This document shows, in pieces, positions 23,136-35,606 of a stretch of 64,000 nt of DNA. A program made the translations under genes and the position numbers. Numbering within the stretch: position 1 is the stretch's first letter; the number at the start of each line of letters is the position of its first letter. The DNA is from Cetorhinus maximus. Lineage: Eukaryota. The DNA lies in NCBI RefSeq assembly GCF_964194155.1, contig NC_135896.1, positions 46,252,001-46,316,000 on the forward strand, written 5' to 3'. The notes beneath the pieces are model-generated. The model saw only the letters and a program-made list of their open reading frames with translations. It searched no databases and had not been told where the DNA came from.

Positions 23136-23405
23136 CTCTGGGTAAGACGGTCAGGGTATAGTTGTCGTCAGAGGTACGGTTCTTACCTGGGTCTTTTCTG
23201 ACCAAACTCATTACTTGCGAATAATACCGGATGTAATTATAACAATCTATAATACAAGCGTTTCTACCCCACCCTTACCACCCCTTGAACTATTGACTGG
23301 AGCCTGACACTTCCTGGGTCGGGACGGAGTTGGATTTAGTATGATTAAAAATGTACTCACACTGTGACTAGTCCCAGTTCCCCATCGGTGTCCTGTGTCC
23401 TTTGT

Positions 23406-23423
23406 ACCCTGCTCGCTGCACCA
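23406..23423 (-). promoter_or_regulatory. Primer-binding site, tRNA-Ser(TGA)
   Basis: TGGTGCAGCGAGCAGGGT lies 2 nt after the 5' LTR. It is complementary to the vertebrate tRNA-Ser(TGA) 3' end (..ACCCTGCTCGCTGCG-CCA, from memory) with one mismatch. Confidence 0.8.
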
Positions 23424-23425
23424 AT

Positions 23426-23999
23426 TGAAAGGTCCGAGAAATACTCTAGTACAAAATTTCAACACTCGGAGTCCAGATGCAATATTCAAGTGGTTCCTTT
23501 ATTACACATGCGGGGAGCAAACACTGGGCAGTCCAGGTGCTTCTCCACCGAGGTTCAAATAAGCACAGTTTATATATCTTTTACTATTAGTTACAACTTA
23601 ATGGTATTAGTTAGACAAAAGCCACAGCACAATGACCCACCGATGGGCTGATAATTGTGTTCTTGTACAGTAATTGCAGTACAGAGACTAAGCATTGTCC
23701 TTTTGAAGAGAGCAAAGAATGTATGTTTGTTTGATACAAAAGAATTACAGGGGCTGACTGAATGTGGTTCAAGGCTATCAGACGTTGCGAAATGGCCTTC
23801 CCCATTTCTTGATCGAGTCATCCCATGTCCCCGCCCGTGTGTGTGTGTCTCCCATTTCCTAATTGCAAATTTACAGTTGAGCCCTTTGTACAAGTTTTTA
23901 GCTTTCATGTAAGGCCGTGATTGTCTGTGTATGCTTTGGCACCCTTGCTGCTGGTCCTGGCTAGCACTTTAAAATAAATCCAAATTTTCTGCATCTTCA
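23426..23999 (-). repeat. 5' LTR (574 bp)
   Basis: TGAAGATG...CCTTTCA on the minus strand; TATA-like TATATAAA near 23568-23576; AATAAA at 23498-23503 (minus). Confidence 0.95.
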
Positions 24000-25354
24000 A
24001 CCTCATCAAAACAGGGTCTGCTTTTACTAAAGTTAGGTCAGTGTTATGATGTTTGAAGCTATTGAAATTCAGAAATATGGAAAACAAACTCTATGATCGT
24101 TATTGGTGTCCGAATGCTTAAGTGAATCGTTAATGTTTGAGCGCTGTGGTTTGGAATAATTGAAGACTTTGATGTCAGTTATGGTACTTGTAATGTTAAA
24201 TGATAGCTAAATGATTAGTTCTAAGTGCAATTGATGTCAAATGATAGCTAAATGATTGTCTTTGAGCACAAATGATATCAAATGAGTGCAAATGAACGCT
24301 GTTGAAACCAAATGGTGTCAAATGTTTCATGTAGGGAAGGAGTGGGTAAGTCCCTTGTTCCATGTCTCCATGCCTAGTTTTCACATATTGGGGGAGTTAA
24401 AATGGAGTCCCAAGGGTCATCTCCAAAAGCACCCCTTGTTTAATGTTTTTTGATCTGTGGATGTGATAAGAATTCTATATTCATTGGCCATTTGCATGTT
24501 GTTTTAAAGTATTACTTAAACTTGGATTCATCCCACATTGCCAGTTTGCTTTCAGTCAAAATAACCAGCCCTCCAGCAGCAATGTTCTTTAAGGCAGGTG
24601 ACGGACATGTGGGTCAACTGAAGAATGTCACGCAGTATATCAGTTATTAAAAAGAACAAGAGGGAGTTGATCTCTTGCTTGTTGTCAGCTTGTGATCATC
24701 AGTATCTGAAATTTGGAAATGATAGTCACAGCCCTATTTCATAGGTACTGGAACAAGAAACTGGACCTCTGTGATGAGAAATGAGTTACCATTGGTAAAC
24801 TAGATCTCACTAAGATGTAGGAAAGATGTCAGCATGCTCTTAATGCAATCAGGTAGCAGATTTTCTAGAGGGCTATACTAAAGGAGAAGATCAGCTGAGT
24901 TTTGCCTGAAGCAATGGGTTGGGGGAATTTGCAGAGGACATTAAATCAGACCAAGGGAAAAGAATAGAAGGGAAAAGAGTAAAAAAAAAATACTCTAGAA
25001 GGGTGTAATGGGTTAAGAATAGGACAAGCCTGGTTATTTGTGGCCCAGTGGGCATACCAGAGTATGCTGAAACTATAAATAACAAAGGGGCTGTATTGGT
25101 TCAAAGGACAGAGTGGAGGAATAAGGGAGACATGGTAAATGGAACCAAGAGCCATGTTTGGGGCAGGGTTTAGCCACATAGAGATAGTAAGTGGAACAGG
25201 ATAGTTGGGGAAGCAATAAGTAGGTAAGGAAGCTTGGTGCAGGGTAGTCACTTCCAGCATGCAGACAGTGCAGCATCAAACAAGTTAAAAATTAGAGTGG
25301 TACATAAACATGGGTCACAATAACATGATTTCTGACAACATTTGTATTCTCTCC

Positions 25355-26250
25355 TAGAATCTTAGAACTGTTACACCACAGAAGGAGGCCACTGAGCCCG
25401 TTGTGTCCTTGCCAGCTATCCGCACGAGCAACTCACCCAATCCCCACTCTGCTGCCTTTTCCCAATAGTCTGAAATTTTTTTCTCTTCAGATCATTATCC
25501 AGTTCTTTTTTGAATGCCTCGATTGAATCTGCCTCCCTGACACTCCCAGGCAGAGCATTCCAGGTCCTAACCACTTGCTGCGTAATAAAAAAAGTTTTAC
25601 CTCATGTTGCCTCTGCTTCTTTTGCTAATTGCCTTAAATCAGTGACCTCTTGTTTCGTATCCTTTGGCTAATGGGAACAGGTTCTCCCTCTATACTCTGC
25701 CCACGCCCGTCATGATTCTGACACCGCTATCAAATCTCCTTCTTAATCTTCCCTTCTCCAATCTATCCAGGTAACTGGAGTTCCTCATCCCTGGAACCAT
25801 TCTCGTGAATCTTTTCTGCACCCTTTCTAATGCCTTCACATCCTTCCTAAAATATGGTGCCCAGAACTTGACACAATACTCCAGTTGAGGCCAAACCAGT
25901 GTTTGATCTAGATTTATCATAATTTCCTTGCTTTTGTACTCTATGCCCCTATTTATAAAGCCCAGGATCCTGTATGCTTTAGTAGCTGCTTTCTCAACCT
26001 GCCCTGCCACCTTTAATGACTTGTGAATATATACCCAGGTCCCTCGAGCTCTTGCACTTCCTTTAGAATTGTACTTTAATTTATATTGTTTATCCCCATT
26101 CTTCCTGTCAAAATGAATCACTTCACACATCTCTGCATTGAATTTCATTGGCCATTTGCCTGCCCATTCCATCATCCTGTTTATGGTCTCTTGAAATTCA
26201 TCACTATTCCCTTCATTGTTCACAATACTTCCAAGTTTTGTGCCATTTTC
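25355..26250 (-). mobile_element. CR1 LINE 3' fragment
   Basis: ORF 25690-26223: [44 protein letters not shown]. Confidence 0.9.
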
Positions 26251-26711
26251 CCTAGTTTACTTGGGTAAGTTAAGCACTGTTTAACCATGTTGAATCATCA
26301 TTTAACTATAATCAAGAATAATGAAAAGTTAAAGTTCATTTTTAAATGCAGAGGGTTTCAGCTGTATTAATACCACAAACTCCAGGCCTGTGTGTATGAC
26401 GGGGGTAGGATGGAAAACACTATAGCTATTGATTTACCTAACGCATTTTCTCCTCTATCCATTTATAAATCATGCTGTAAATCTTTGCGCCTGAGCTGCT
26501 CCTGCCAGTCTCTTCATCCCAGCCATGCAGGAGGCTACATAACTAGCTTTATCCCACCATGGCAATGCAATAGGAAAAAGCTGTTCATAAAATGATGTTG
26601 TGATCATTTAACTGCTCATTGTAATAGCTATTTTTTCCCTCATTATTACCCTTGAATTTGCTATATATTGTATGAATGGAATCGCAGTTAACCTTATATT
26701 TTGAAGTAATC

Positions 26712-26820
26712 AAGAACTGCAATTCTGAAATAAAAACAGAAAATCCTGCAAATTCTCAGCATCTGTGAAAAAAGAAACAAGAATTAATGTTTCAGGCCAA
26801 TGGCCTTTCACCAGAACTCA
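26712..26820 (-). mobile_element. Degenerate Penelope-like terminal repeat with hammerhead remnant
   Basis: Minus strand reads GAGTT-CTGGTGA-AAGGCCATTGGCCT-GAAAC-ATT-AATTC; same family as 328-699. Confidence 0.55.
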
Positions 26821-28077
26821 ATATTGATCTATTAGATCAGAGGGCACCACATCTTACTGTTGTGTTCATTCCCTCACTAGATACCTTTGTCACTTAGGAT
26901 TTCCTTTCATTGGGATATTGCTGGAAAAGACAGACAAGGCTGAGTGAAGAAGAAAACTGAAAGTGATGTCGAAAGATATAAGGAAAGCTGTTGACCTGGA
27001 GAATACAGTGAAGGTTGAGGCTGTCAGCTGGATCTTGTGGAACACACACAGTTGAAAAAGAACTATTTCCATCTGATTTACATACAGGTTACCACGCCAA
27101 GATGACACACATTTGTATTTATATACACACACAAGCGAAAGGCTTACCCACCCAACTTCTGCTTTGATGAGTAATGAGACTGAATCACTGCATGTTTTTC
27201 CAAGAGTCTGCCAACAAATGCAAGAAAATGTGGTGGTGGAAATAAAGATAACTATTATGATGAACTGTGCGAGAAAACTGTGTGATGAGAATAAGATTGT
27301 CAACAAATACACTGCATTTAAAATTTGCTCTGAAAAAATAAGGTTTTCCTGCAGCATATTGTGCGGCAGTGCAAGATGAACACTACAATCAGTAGAATGC
27401 TCCCCCGATAGCCTAGTCAGTAAAGACAACAGCTAGCGTAAGCTCCAAATGCTAGGTTCAATTCCTGCTTTAAAATGAGTTGGCTGACATTAGCGGGACA
27501 GGATTTTTTGATTTCCTCTCTCTCCCACACCATAAAACACAATAAACTTGGATACCAAAAAGCAACCTGATCCTTCACCTTCAGGGGGTGTGCTTTTAGC
27601 AAATGCCCAGCTTGACTTCAGCTGAACCACACTGCAATTCAAGATCACGAAAGGTGATATATAATTGCAAGTCTTTTCTTTATTTAAGTGGCCCAGCAGA
27701 CTGAGAGGTGGGATTATTACCTAGTTCTCACTCGAAATTAGGGGCGGGAAGTTCAGTGTGCACTTGTGCAGGTTTAAAATCCTGCACCAGTGCAAGTACC
27801 CATCAGTATTTAGACCGAGTCGCCAGAGGACTCGGACCACCACACTGGAGTGCAGCCCTCCTTCACTGAAGGCCTGAGAAAAATATCACCCACTATTTAA
27901 ATGCTTCCTCCCTTTTCTGATGGAAGTTTCCCCTTCAGTTAGGAAAAATTATTTATCATTCCCACACTTGCTTGTTAATCATTATAAATACGATCATAAC
28001 ATTGGGAATTTGATTAATTCTAACTTGTCATAAGTTTGTAGATTTGCTGGGTTTGGTTTGTTATATATGAAAACGTA

Positions 28078-28835
28078 TTACATAGGAGTTACAACAGAAA
28101 ACAGGCCATTCAGCCCAACCAGTGTGATGGCATTTACCCTGTGCACAGATAGACCGAATCCCATTTATCAGCCCTTTTCCCAAATCCCTTCAACACCTTT
28201 TCATTCGTCCACCCATCGAATCCAGTCTTGAATACCGACAGTTTCTGCTCAACCACTAACCTTGGAAGTGAATTCCACAGCCTCACAACTCTGAAAAAAG
28301 TTTCTCCTGCCCTCTGCCCAAAATCTCTTGCAGTTGATCTTGCATCTATGGCTCCTTGTTCATGGCCCTTCAACTACTGGAAATAGCCTGTTCCTACCTA
28401 TTCTTTTTCATTTATACTGCATTGTTCTAATGTTAGAAGACACAATTTTTCAAGTCTTTCTTTGTAGCTGTCATTTCCTCATACCAGAGAGTATTTTAGT
28501 AAATCTGTGTTGTACCCTCTTTAAAGCCTCTAATATCCTTCCCATAGTGTGGAACCCAATACTACACACAGCTCCAACTGAGGTTCATCATCACCTCTTG
28601 GCTTTCATACTGTATACTTCTTGTGATAAATCCTAGAATTCCATTAGCTTTTATAATGACCTTATTAATCTAAGATGCTGCCTTGAATGCATCAAATCCT
28701 ATACCCTCAAATCTATCTGCTCTATTTCCATTCATGGTAACGTTGCTTTGTTCTTTAAAAACACGCTTCACATCACATTGACATTGAGTTCCACCTACCA
28801 CATTTTAGCCCATTCATCCATCTTATCTATTACTG
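28078..28835 (-). mobile_element. Old CR1 LINE 3' fragment
   Basis: FFRVVRLWNSLP motif and CR1-type tail. Confidence 0.7.
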
Positions 28836-29119
28836 TCAATTATCAATTGTGCAAGAACTTTTTCACTGATCAATCTTGAGTCAATTTACACCAATGAATG
28901 TACTTTTCTAAACAAACGTTTGAAGATTTACAAACCTTTTTCATGAAAACCGTGTCTATTTTCTTTACCAGTTAGATCCAACAAAAACATTAACAATGAC
29001 CTGTTAAAATGAACGGATTTCCAACAACAATCAGAAGATCTAGGATAGAATGTCCAGAAAAATAGATGGCTTCTAAAAATCTATTATTCTACTCATTGGG
29101 ATCTGCTTATATAAAAACA

Positions 29120-29650
29120 TTACCGCAGGGAATTATTGTTGCTGTGAATAGTATGGATGCATTTAAGGGGAATAAGCTAGGTAAGCATATGAGGGTGAAA
29201 AAAATAGAGGGTTATGCTGAAAGAGCATATGCTGGAAGAGGAAGGGTGGGAGGAGGCTCAAGTGGAGCATTAATGCTGGCACTGACAGGTTGGGCCAAAT
29301 GGCTTGTTTCTATGCTGTATATTTGATGTAGTTTTATGTAATTACTCTTTGTAACTTCCTTCATCTTCTGAAGACTTAACTATACCTCCTATTTTGGTAT
29401 CATCTGCAAATTTTGCTCCCACTCCCTGCAGGCCTATATCCAAATCATGGATATATACGGTGACCAGAAATGGTCCTAGTAATGAATCCAAGGGAACACC
29501 GCAGCTCCCTTCAAATCACTCTGAAAAACTGCCCGTAAATCCTCCTCCCTGTCTTCACAATCTAACCAAATCTTTTAGTCCCATTTGTCAGCCTCCTCCT
29601 TATTCTATACCGCTTAATCTTCTTTCTAGTAATCTCCTGTGTGGTACCTT
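29120..29650. mobile_element. Two adjacent CR1 fragments (+ tail at 29120-29345; minus-strand RT piece at 29345-29650)
   Basis: GATGCATTTAAGGG..TGGGCCAAATGGC tail; TTGGTATCATCTGCAAATTT encodes KFADDTK on the minus strand. Confidence 0.65.
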
Positions 29651-30589
29651 GGTACATGACCTGGAACTTTGAGGAGTTGACACCATGATTAATTATTAAT
29701 GCAGTGTCTACTGCGACACAAATGAATTCCACTCAAATATTCAAAAAGTGGAAAACAACAAAAGGCAGACAAAATGAACAGAAAGCAGAAAAACAACACC
29801 CATTTACTCTGACAAAAATGTGAAATGAGTCAGAACCACCCATAAAATGGCCTAACTGCTGAAAAACCCACAAAAGCATTTCAGAATGAGACCAAACCCC
29901 TTCTGCCCTCCCTCTGTGACTAAGCGTTTAATTATAGGAAGAGGTCAATTTATGCTGAGAAAGTTGCGCTTCTTTTAATTGCCTCAGTATATGTAACTGA
30001 TATTTAGCCCGCACAGCTCTTTCAGCCAAATATATTGATTTTTCCATGACTGGTACAAATGACTGCACTGGGAACATTGCGTAACATTAAGCTTGATGAC
30101 AGCTATGCCTGGTTCAAGGTTTATAAATAAAGCTAACAAGATTATTGCTGAATATCACAAAAACAAAGATAGATTTCCACATGCTTCATCTGTTTATGTG
30201 GGCATAGCCTTGAATTGGTTGGTTTTGAAAAAAAAACTGACTACAGAAATCTAACCTGTTTATATGCTGGCAGTTGAGCAGCCAAAACAGCAGTACACTG
30301 CTTGTGATTTCTGCCTTTTGTGTTACAATAGGCTAGCCTAGCACCAAAGAAGCACAGCCAATCAGAAAACAGAAATGTGGGTGGAGTCCTACGACGTGGG
30401 TCTCCACTTCATCAGCAAAGTTGCTATCATGACTGATGAGGACCACTCCCCACCCCTTTACTCCCCAGTGGCCTGGGTCTCAAGCAAGTGCGCTGGTGCA
30501 CATACCAAATGTGTAAAATGTCACAAGGCTATGTGTTCATCCCCACTTGCGCATCTCATTGGAAAGCTTTGACTTCATAAAAAGGGGTC

Positions 30590-30835
30590 ACTGAGACCAT
30601 GAGTCAGAGCTGTTAGGATGCTTTGAGAACTGACTCAGATTTGGTAAAGTGAAGCCAGAATCTGATACAAGAGCTATTTGTAAATATAACCTGTAATGGC
30701 AAGTGTAGTGAGGCACTTTATGCACAGTGCTGAAAGGGATGATCTCTATTGCACTTTATGTAATGTCATATTTGAAATGCTATGTAATGTGCTTTTACAA
30801 ACTTTATGAATAAAGTATATTTTTGCAAAAATAAA
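30590..30835 (+). mobile_element. Tx1-like LINE 3' end
   Basis: Ends TTTATGAATAAAGTATATTTTTGCAAAAA, the same terminus as 1499-1530. Confidence 0.55.
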
Positions 30836-31279
30836 CTTTCAGGATGTTTTCCTTAATATTTTTGACAGCTGAGACGTGCACACTTAGCAAGTTAGATGAT
30901 GCATCCGAATGGAGCAGGATAAGAGCACTAATGGCAGTGGTGGGATTAATATAATGCTCCAGATCTAAGCTGGTTGACACACAGTAAGTTCCTAGCATTT
31001 GGCATTTTACTCAAACTCAATTCTCACATTTTCTATGTTTTCCATTTTTCCTGCATTCTTAGCTTTTCAATAGGGCCTCCCACTGTCCTAGCTATTCACA
31101 AGTCATCCTCTATACCAGGGGACTGCCTGAGAAGAAGTAGTATTCACAAGTCCCAAACTCCCCCCCAAAAAATCACATGTACTGGAAATCAGAAACAAAG
31201 AACAGGAAATGCTGGAAACACTCAATGAGTCAGGCACGTTATCTATGGAGAAAACAGAGCAGTTAATAACTTCAGGATA

Positions 31280-31675
31280 TCCCAAAGCACTTTACAGCAA
31301 ATTTTGAAGTAGAATCACTGTTGTAATAAAGGAAACACTATAGTCAATTTGCATACAGCAAGCTCCTACAAACAACAATGTGATAATGACCAGATAATCT
31401 ATTTTTAGTGACGTTGACCAAGGGATAAATATTGCCCAGGACGTTGCAGAGAATTTCCCTGTTCTTCTTCAAATTAGTGCCATGGGATCTTTTGCACCAG
31501 AGCAGATGGAACAGGAGGTTGAGACCTTATTCAAACAATGGCATCTTTGATAATGCACTACTACCTCAGTACTGCACTAGAGTATGGTTTTTTTGTGCTC
31601 AAGTGGGACTGGAGCCAACAACCATCACACTCAAAGTCAAGAATGCTACTGACCGAGCTACAGCTGACACCTCAT
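31280..31675 (-). mobile_element. Deu-domain SINE, preceded by a Penelope-like repeat fragment at 31180-31278
   Basis: Reverse complement of the SINEs at 7096 and 45788 (TAGTGCCATGGGATCTTTT; tRNA-like head at the right end). Confidence 0.7.
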
Positions 31676-33369
31676 AATTATCTGTTCTCCCACAAACTCT
31701 GAATTGCTTGGTTACTTGTGTCCATAACTAGTTTAAGCAAGCTATTTAAGTTGAGAAATATAATTTGCTTTTCTTAAAAATGCCTATCTTCACCATGCAA
31801 CATGTTGAATGTAAGCTTGGGGCAGGAGCATGAGGGAAGTTTTGTGTAGAACATACAAAGAAGGCAGATAGGAAGAGGCCAGCTGCTCCCCCAAGTCTGT
31901 CCCATTCAGCCGTATTGCAATACTGCAGCACAACCCTCAAACATCCCCATCCACCAGTAGCCATGTAATCTCCTGGGAGAGGCAAAAAAAAAACAAATGA
32001 AAAACCTCGAAGCAAATTCAAAGGAAAAACAACAATGGAAAATTCCTCCCCAACCACTGAAGATGATCAAACATGTGGTATTTTTGGTTAATGGTTAATC
32101 ATTTGACTTCTATGATTGCAATTCAGTCATGGCACTGCTGTTTCTCTCAGTGATGTTTTTAACATGAGGAGACCTTGATTACACTGGGACAGCTGAGTTT
32201 TTAATGAGTTGAATTTGCTCATTTTCAAAAACCACAATGGTGCCTTTCTTTGGGACTTCCGGGCAGACTTTCTCATCCCAAGAAAGCTGCCTTCTGACCC
32301 CAGGCTAGGGTCATGAGCTCACTGTATATAATCTTTTCAGATGTAATCCGGATGTTGAACACAAACTCTCATTCCAAGCGCAAGTTGACCTGAAAACATT
32401 TTCTAGCTTTACATTAGAGAAATATTCAAAATCAAAAAGAACACCATGGTACTACAGAGAATATACAAAACAAATTATTTGGTCCAACTAGTCCATGCTT
32501 GTATTTATGCTTCACTTGAGCCTCTTAACCATCTAACTCTATCAGCATACAATCGGTATGGTTGGAGTGCCAGCATTCTGAGCATTTGAAATTTTAAGTA
32601 ATTAGGTGGAAAAGAAAGCATTTATCTGTTACTTCCACGTACTTCCATGCGTATAAAATACCATAACAAATGTTAGATATATAGCGGCTCTGCAGAAAAG
32701 GTGATTCATACAGCAAACCGCATCTCAGGGATGAGACACTGTTGAACCTATATTGTATGACTTTATTGGTCACTGCTCATTTGCTTGAGCTATGTGCTAA
32801 AAATGATTTATGCAGCTAAAGGCCTAACATGAATAACTTGCTCATGAAACTAATAATACTACAGTGGATCCTTGTGTATATGTACAGTGTGTTCTGCTGA
32901 CTCTCATACACCATTTTAGGCAGTTACATCCCACTTCTTCAGGTTTATGTGCAAACTCCTGTTACAAGTCCTGTTCCAAACATGATATAAACATTTTTAT
33001 ATTTTAGTTATTTACAGTTAAGCTGATATGATGCTGTTATCATAATTGTGATCATATCGACTTTACTCATGTTTCGTATAGATTTATTTCATCAAACCAA
33101 CTGCCCAGGAAAGGATTGGGAACCAGTACACAAACTGAGGTCACGCAAAGGACATTCTATTAAAATCTAAATATAGGTTTGTTCTGGTAATTTGATTCAA
33201 TAGTGTTTAATTGAATGAGGTCTCTCTGTCTTGGTTAAAAAAGAATTGACAAGTAAAATATTGCAAGTATTTTGGCTCCAATATTTATGGGTAAGTGGGG
33301 TGGCAGAGCTGTAGCAGGTTTCCTGGAGGTTCTACCAAATTTAATAGCGAGGCTCAATTTAAATTTTTG

Positions 33370-33969
33370 GGGCAGAATTTTCTGCCTGTCAGGCAGGCTG
33401 GTTGGGAGCGGGCGCAGAGCAGATCGCTGCCCGCGATCGGCTGCGCGCTGCCATTTTACGTGGACAGGCCAATTAAGGCCCAGCCAGCGTAACGCATGGC
33501 CGGTCACTTCCTGTGCGGCCGGGGGGAGAAGGGAGAGTCAGATCCTGCACCAAAGAGCTGCCTCAGGGAGATTAAGTTCATATTGAGATATTTAAATAAA
33601 GAAAGATAAAAATTATTTAGACATGTCCCCTCATGTGACAGTGTTAATTTAATGAAACCTTCAGGAAACCTCATCCTGCCCGTCGATGAGGTTTCCTGAA
33701 AAACGTGAAGGCCGCTTGGGCTCTTTGTCTGCCCACCAACCTTAAGGTTGGATGGGCAGCATTGATAATTACTTTAATTGTTTTTTTAATGTCCTTAACA
33801 GGCCTTTGACAGTTTGGCGGGTGCACAGCCTCCTCCGGTGTGTGCCCGCCGAATGAAAGATCTGAATGACACGAGGTGACATTGGGACGCACGCCCAACA
33901 TCACCGCGCATCACTTTACACATCGTTGTGCTGGGCCCGCCCCCGCACGCCGACGTGAAAATTCTGGCC
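33370..33969. mobile_element. Harbinger MITE
   Basis: GGGCAGAATTTT / AAAATTCTGGCC TIRs; TSD TTG. Confidence 0.9.
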
Positions 33970-34242
33970 TTGGCCTCAGTTTCCTGGCTTGCAGCAAGTC
34001 AGATTGAAAAGCTAGGTGGCTATCAGGCAGGAAAGCCTGTGGCACCATACGGGCAACAACTGGGGAACAGGGAAGAGAGAAGGATGGAGGGAAAGATCAT
34101 GAGTTAAGAGGACATGGGGGGGTAGGAATATGGACAGGTTAGGGGTGACATAAGAGATCATTTGTGGGGCAGTTAGATCAGAGTGGTGGATGTGTACATG
34201 GATAGATTGCAGTGGTCTGATGGTGGGTTATCCAATCACAGG

Positions 34243-34909
34243 GGGCAGAATTTTGCCGTCGGCGAGCGGGGGGTGGGGCCCGCTCGCCGATGGGTAAAAT
34301 GACGCCGGGCGGAACCTCTGTCGTCATCCTGCCCCATTTAAATTTTCAGGAAGGCGGGGGAGCAGCAAAATCAGCAACGGGCCCGCCGACCTGTCTATGG
34401 CCAATTGAGGCCATTGACAGGATCATTTAACCAATTAAAGGACCTGCCCGTCCAGCCTTAAGGTTGGCGGGCAGGCCAGGAGCCCCAGCGGCAAATAGAG
34501 AAAACATGAAACCTCATCCAGCGGTGGGATGAGGTTTCATGCAGGGTTTCAAAAATTTTAACAAAGTTATTACGTAAATTATGAACATGTCCCATCTCAT
34601 GTGACATTGTCACATGAAGGGGACATGTTAGGGAATTTTTTTTTCTCTATTTTTAATATTTTTCAAAGTGGAAGCAATCTTCTGAGGCTGCACTTAGCCT
34701 CAGGGAGATGTGCGCTCTTTCATGCGCATGCGTGAAAGAGCGCACTTTCGCTTTTAGGGAATCCCTCTGCCTGCACAGGGAGCGCATAGCGCTTCCCACC
34801 GGACGTCACGCTGGGCCTTAATTGGCCCGCCCATGTAAAATGGCGGTGCGGCCCGCTTCTCCGGCGGGGATCAGCTCCCCGCCCGCCCGACAGGCAGAAA
34901 ATTCTGCCC
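34243..34909. mobile_element. Harbinger MITE
   Basis: Perfect GGGCAGAATTTT / AAAATTCTGCCC TIRs; TSD AGG. Confidence 0.92.
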
Positions 34910-35137
34910 AGGGTGTGGGAAACAAATTTGCTCCTGCTCCTCCTTACTCACAAGCAGTGCTGGGAACCGGTGGATCTGGTCATTCTCATTTCCTTTCAGG
35001 TGGCCTGAAAAATCTGCATGAATTTAAAGCACAGCTGAAAATTGAGGCAAGCAGCCTTGTTAAAATATCTAAATTAGGGACCTGACTCAGGAGAGCAGGT
35101 TAGTCGCCCATCTCCAACCTGCCTCTGCTAAAATCAA

Positions 35138-35606
35138 AAGAATCACAGAATTTTAATGGCACAGAAGGAGGCCATTCAGCCCATCGTGTCTGCACCAGCT
35201 CTCCAAATGAGCATTACGACCTAGTGCCATTGCCCTGTCTTTTCCCCGTACCTCTGCACATTGTTTCTATTCAATCATCCAATGCCCTCTTGAATGCTTC
35301 AATTGAACCTGCCTCCACCACATTTTCAGGCAGTGCATTCCAGACCCGAATCGCTCACTGTGTGAAAAAGTTTTTTCTCATGTCACACTTGCTTCTTTTG
35401 CAAATCACTTTAAACCTGTGCCCCCTCGTTCTTGATCCTTTTACGCACAGGAACAGCTTCTCCATATCTATACTGTCCAGCCCCCTCATGATTTTGAACA
35501 TCTCTATCAAATCTCTCAGCCTTCTTCTCTCCAAGGAGAACAGTCCCAACCTTTCCAACCTATCCTCATAGCTGAAGTATCTCATCTCTGGAATCATTTT
35601 TGTAAA
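35138..35606 (-). mobile_element. CR1 LINE 3' fragment
   Basis: SYEDRLERLGLFSLERRRLR, RTRGHRFK, RKNFFTQ. Confidence 0.9.

Larger units (their letters stand above)
18322..23999 (-). mobile_element. Endogenous retrovirus (lokiretrovirus-like), internally deleted provirus
   Basis: Two LTRs, 4-bp TSD ACCT (18318-18321 and 24000-24003), PBS, PPT, and gag-RT-IN-env order on the minus strand. Confidence 0.93.

Noticed and set aside
26890-27429. 179-aa hydrophobic minus-strand ORF with nearby splice-like signals
   Set aside because: No family I recognise, and I could not build a consistent exon phase. A BLASTX or RNA-seq check would be needed.
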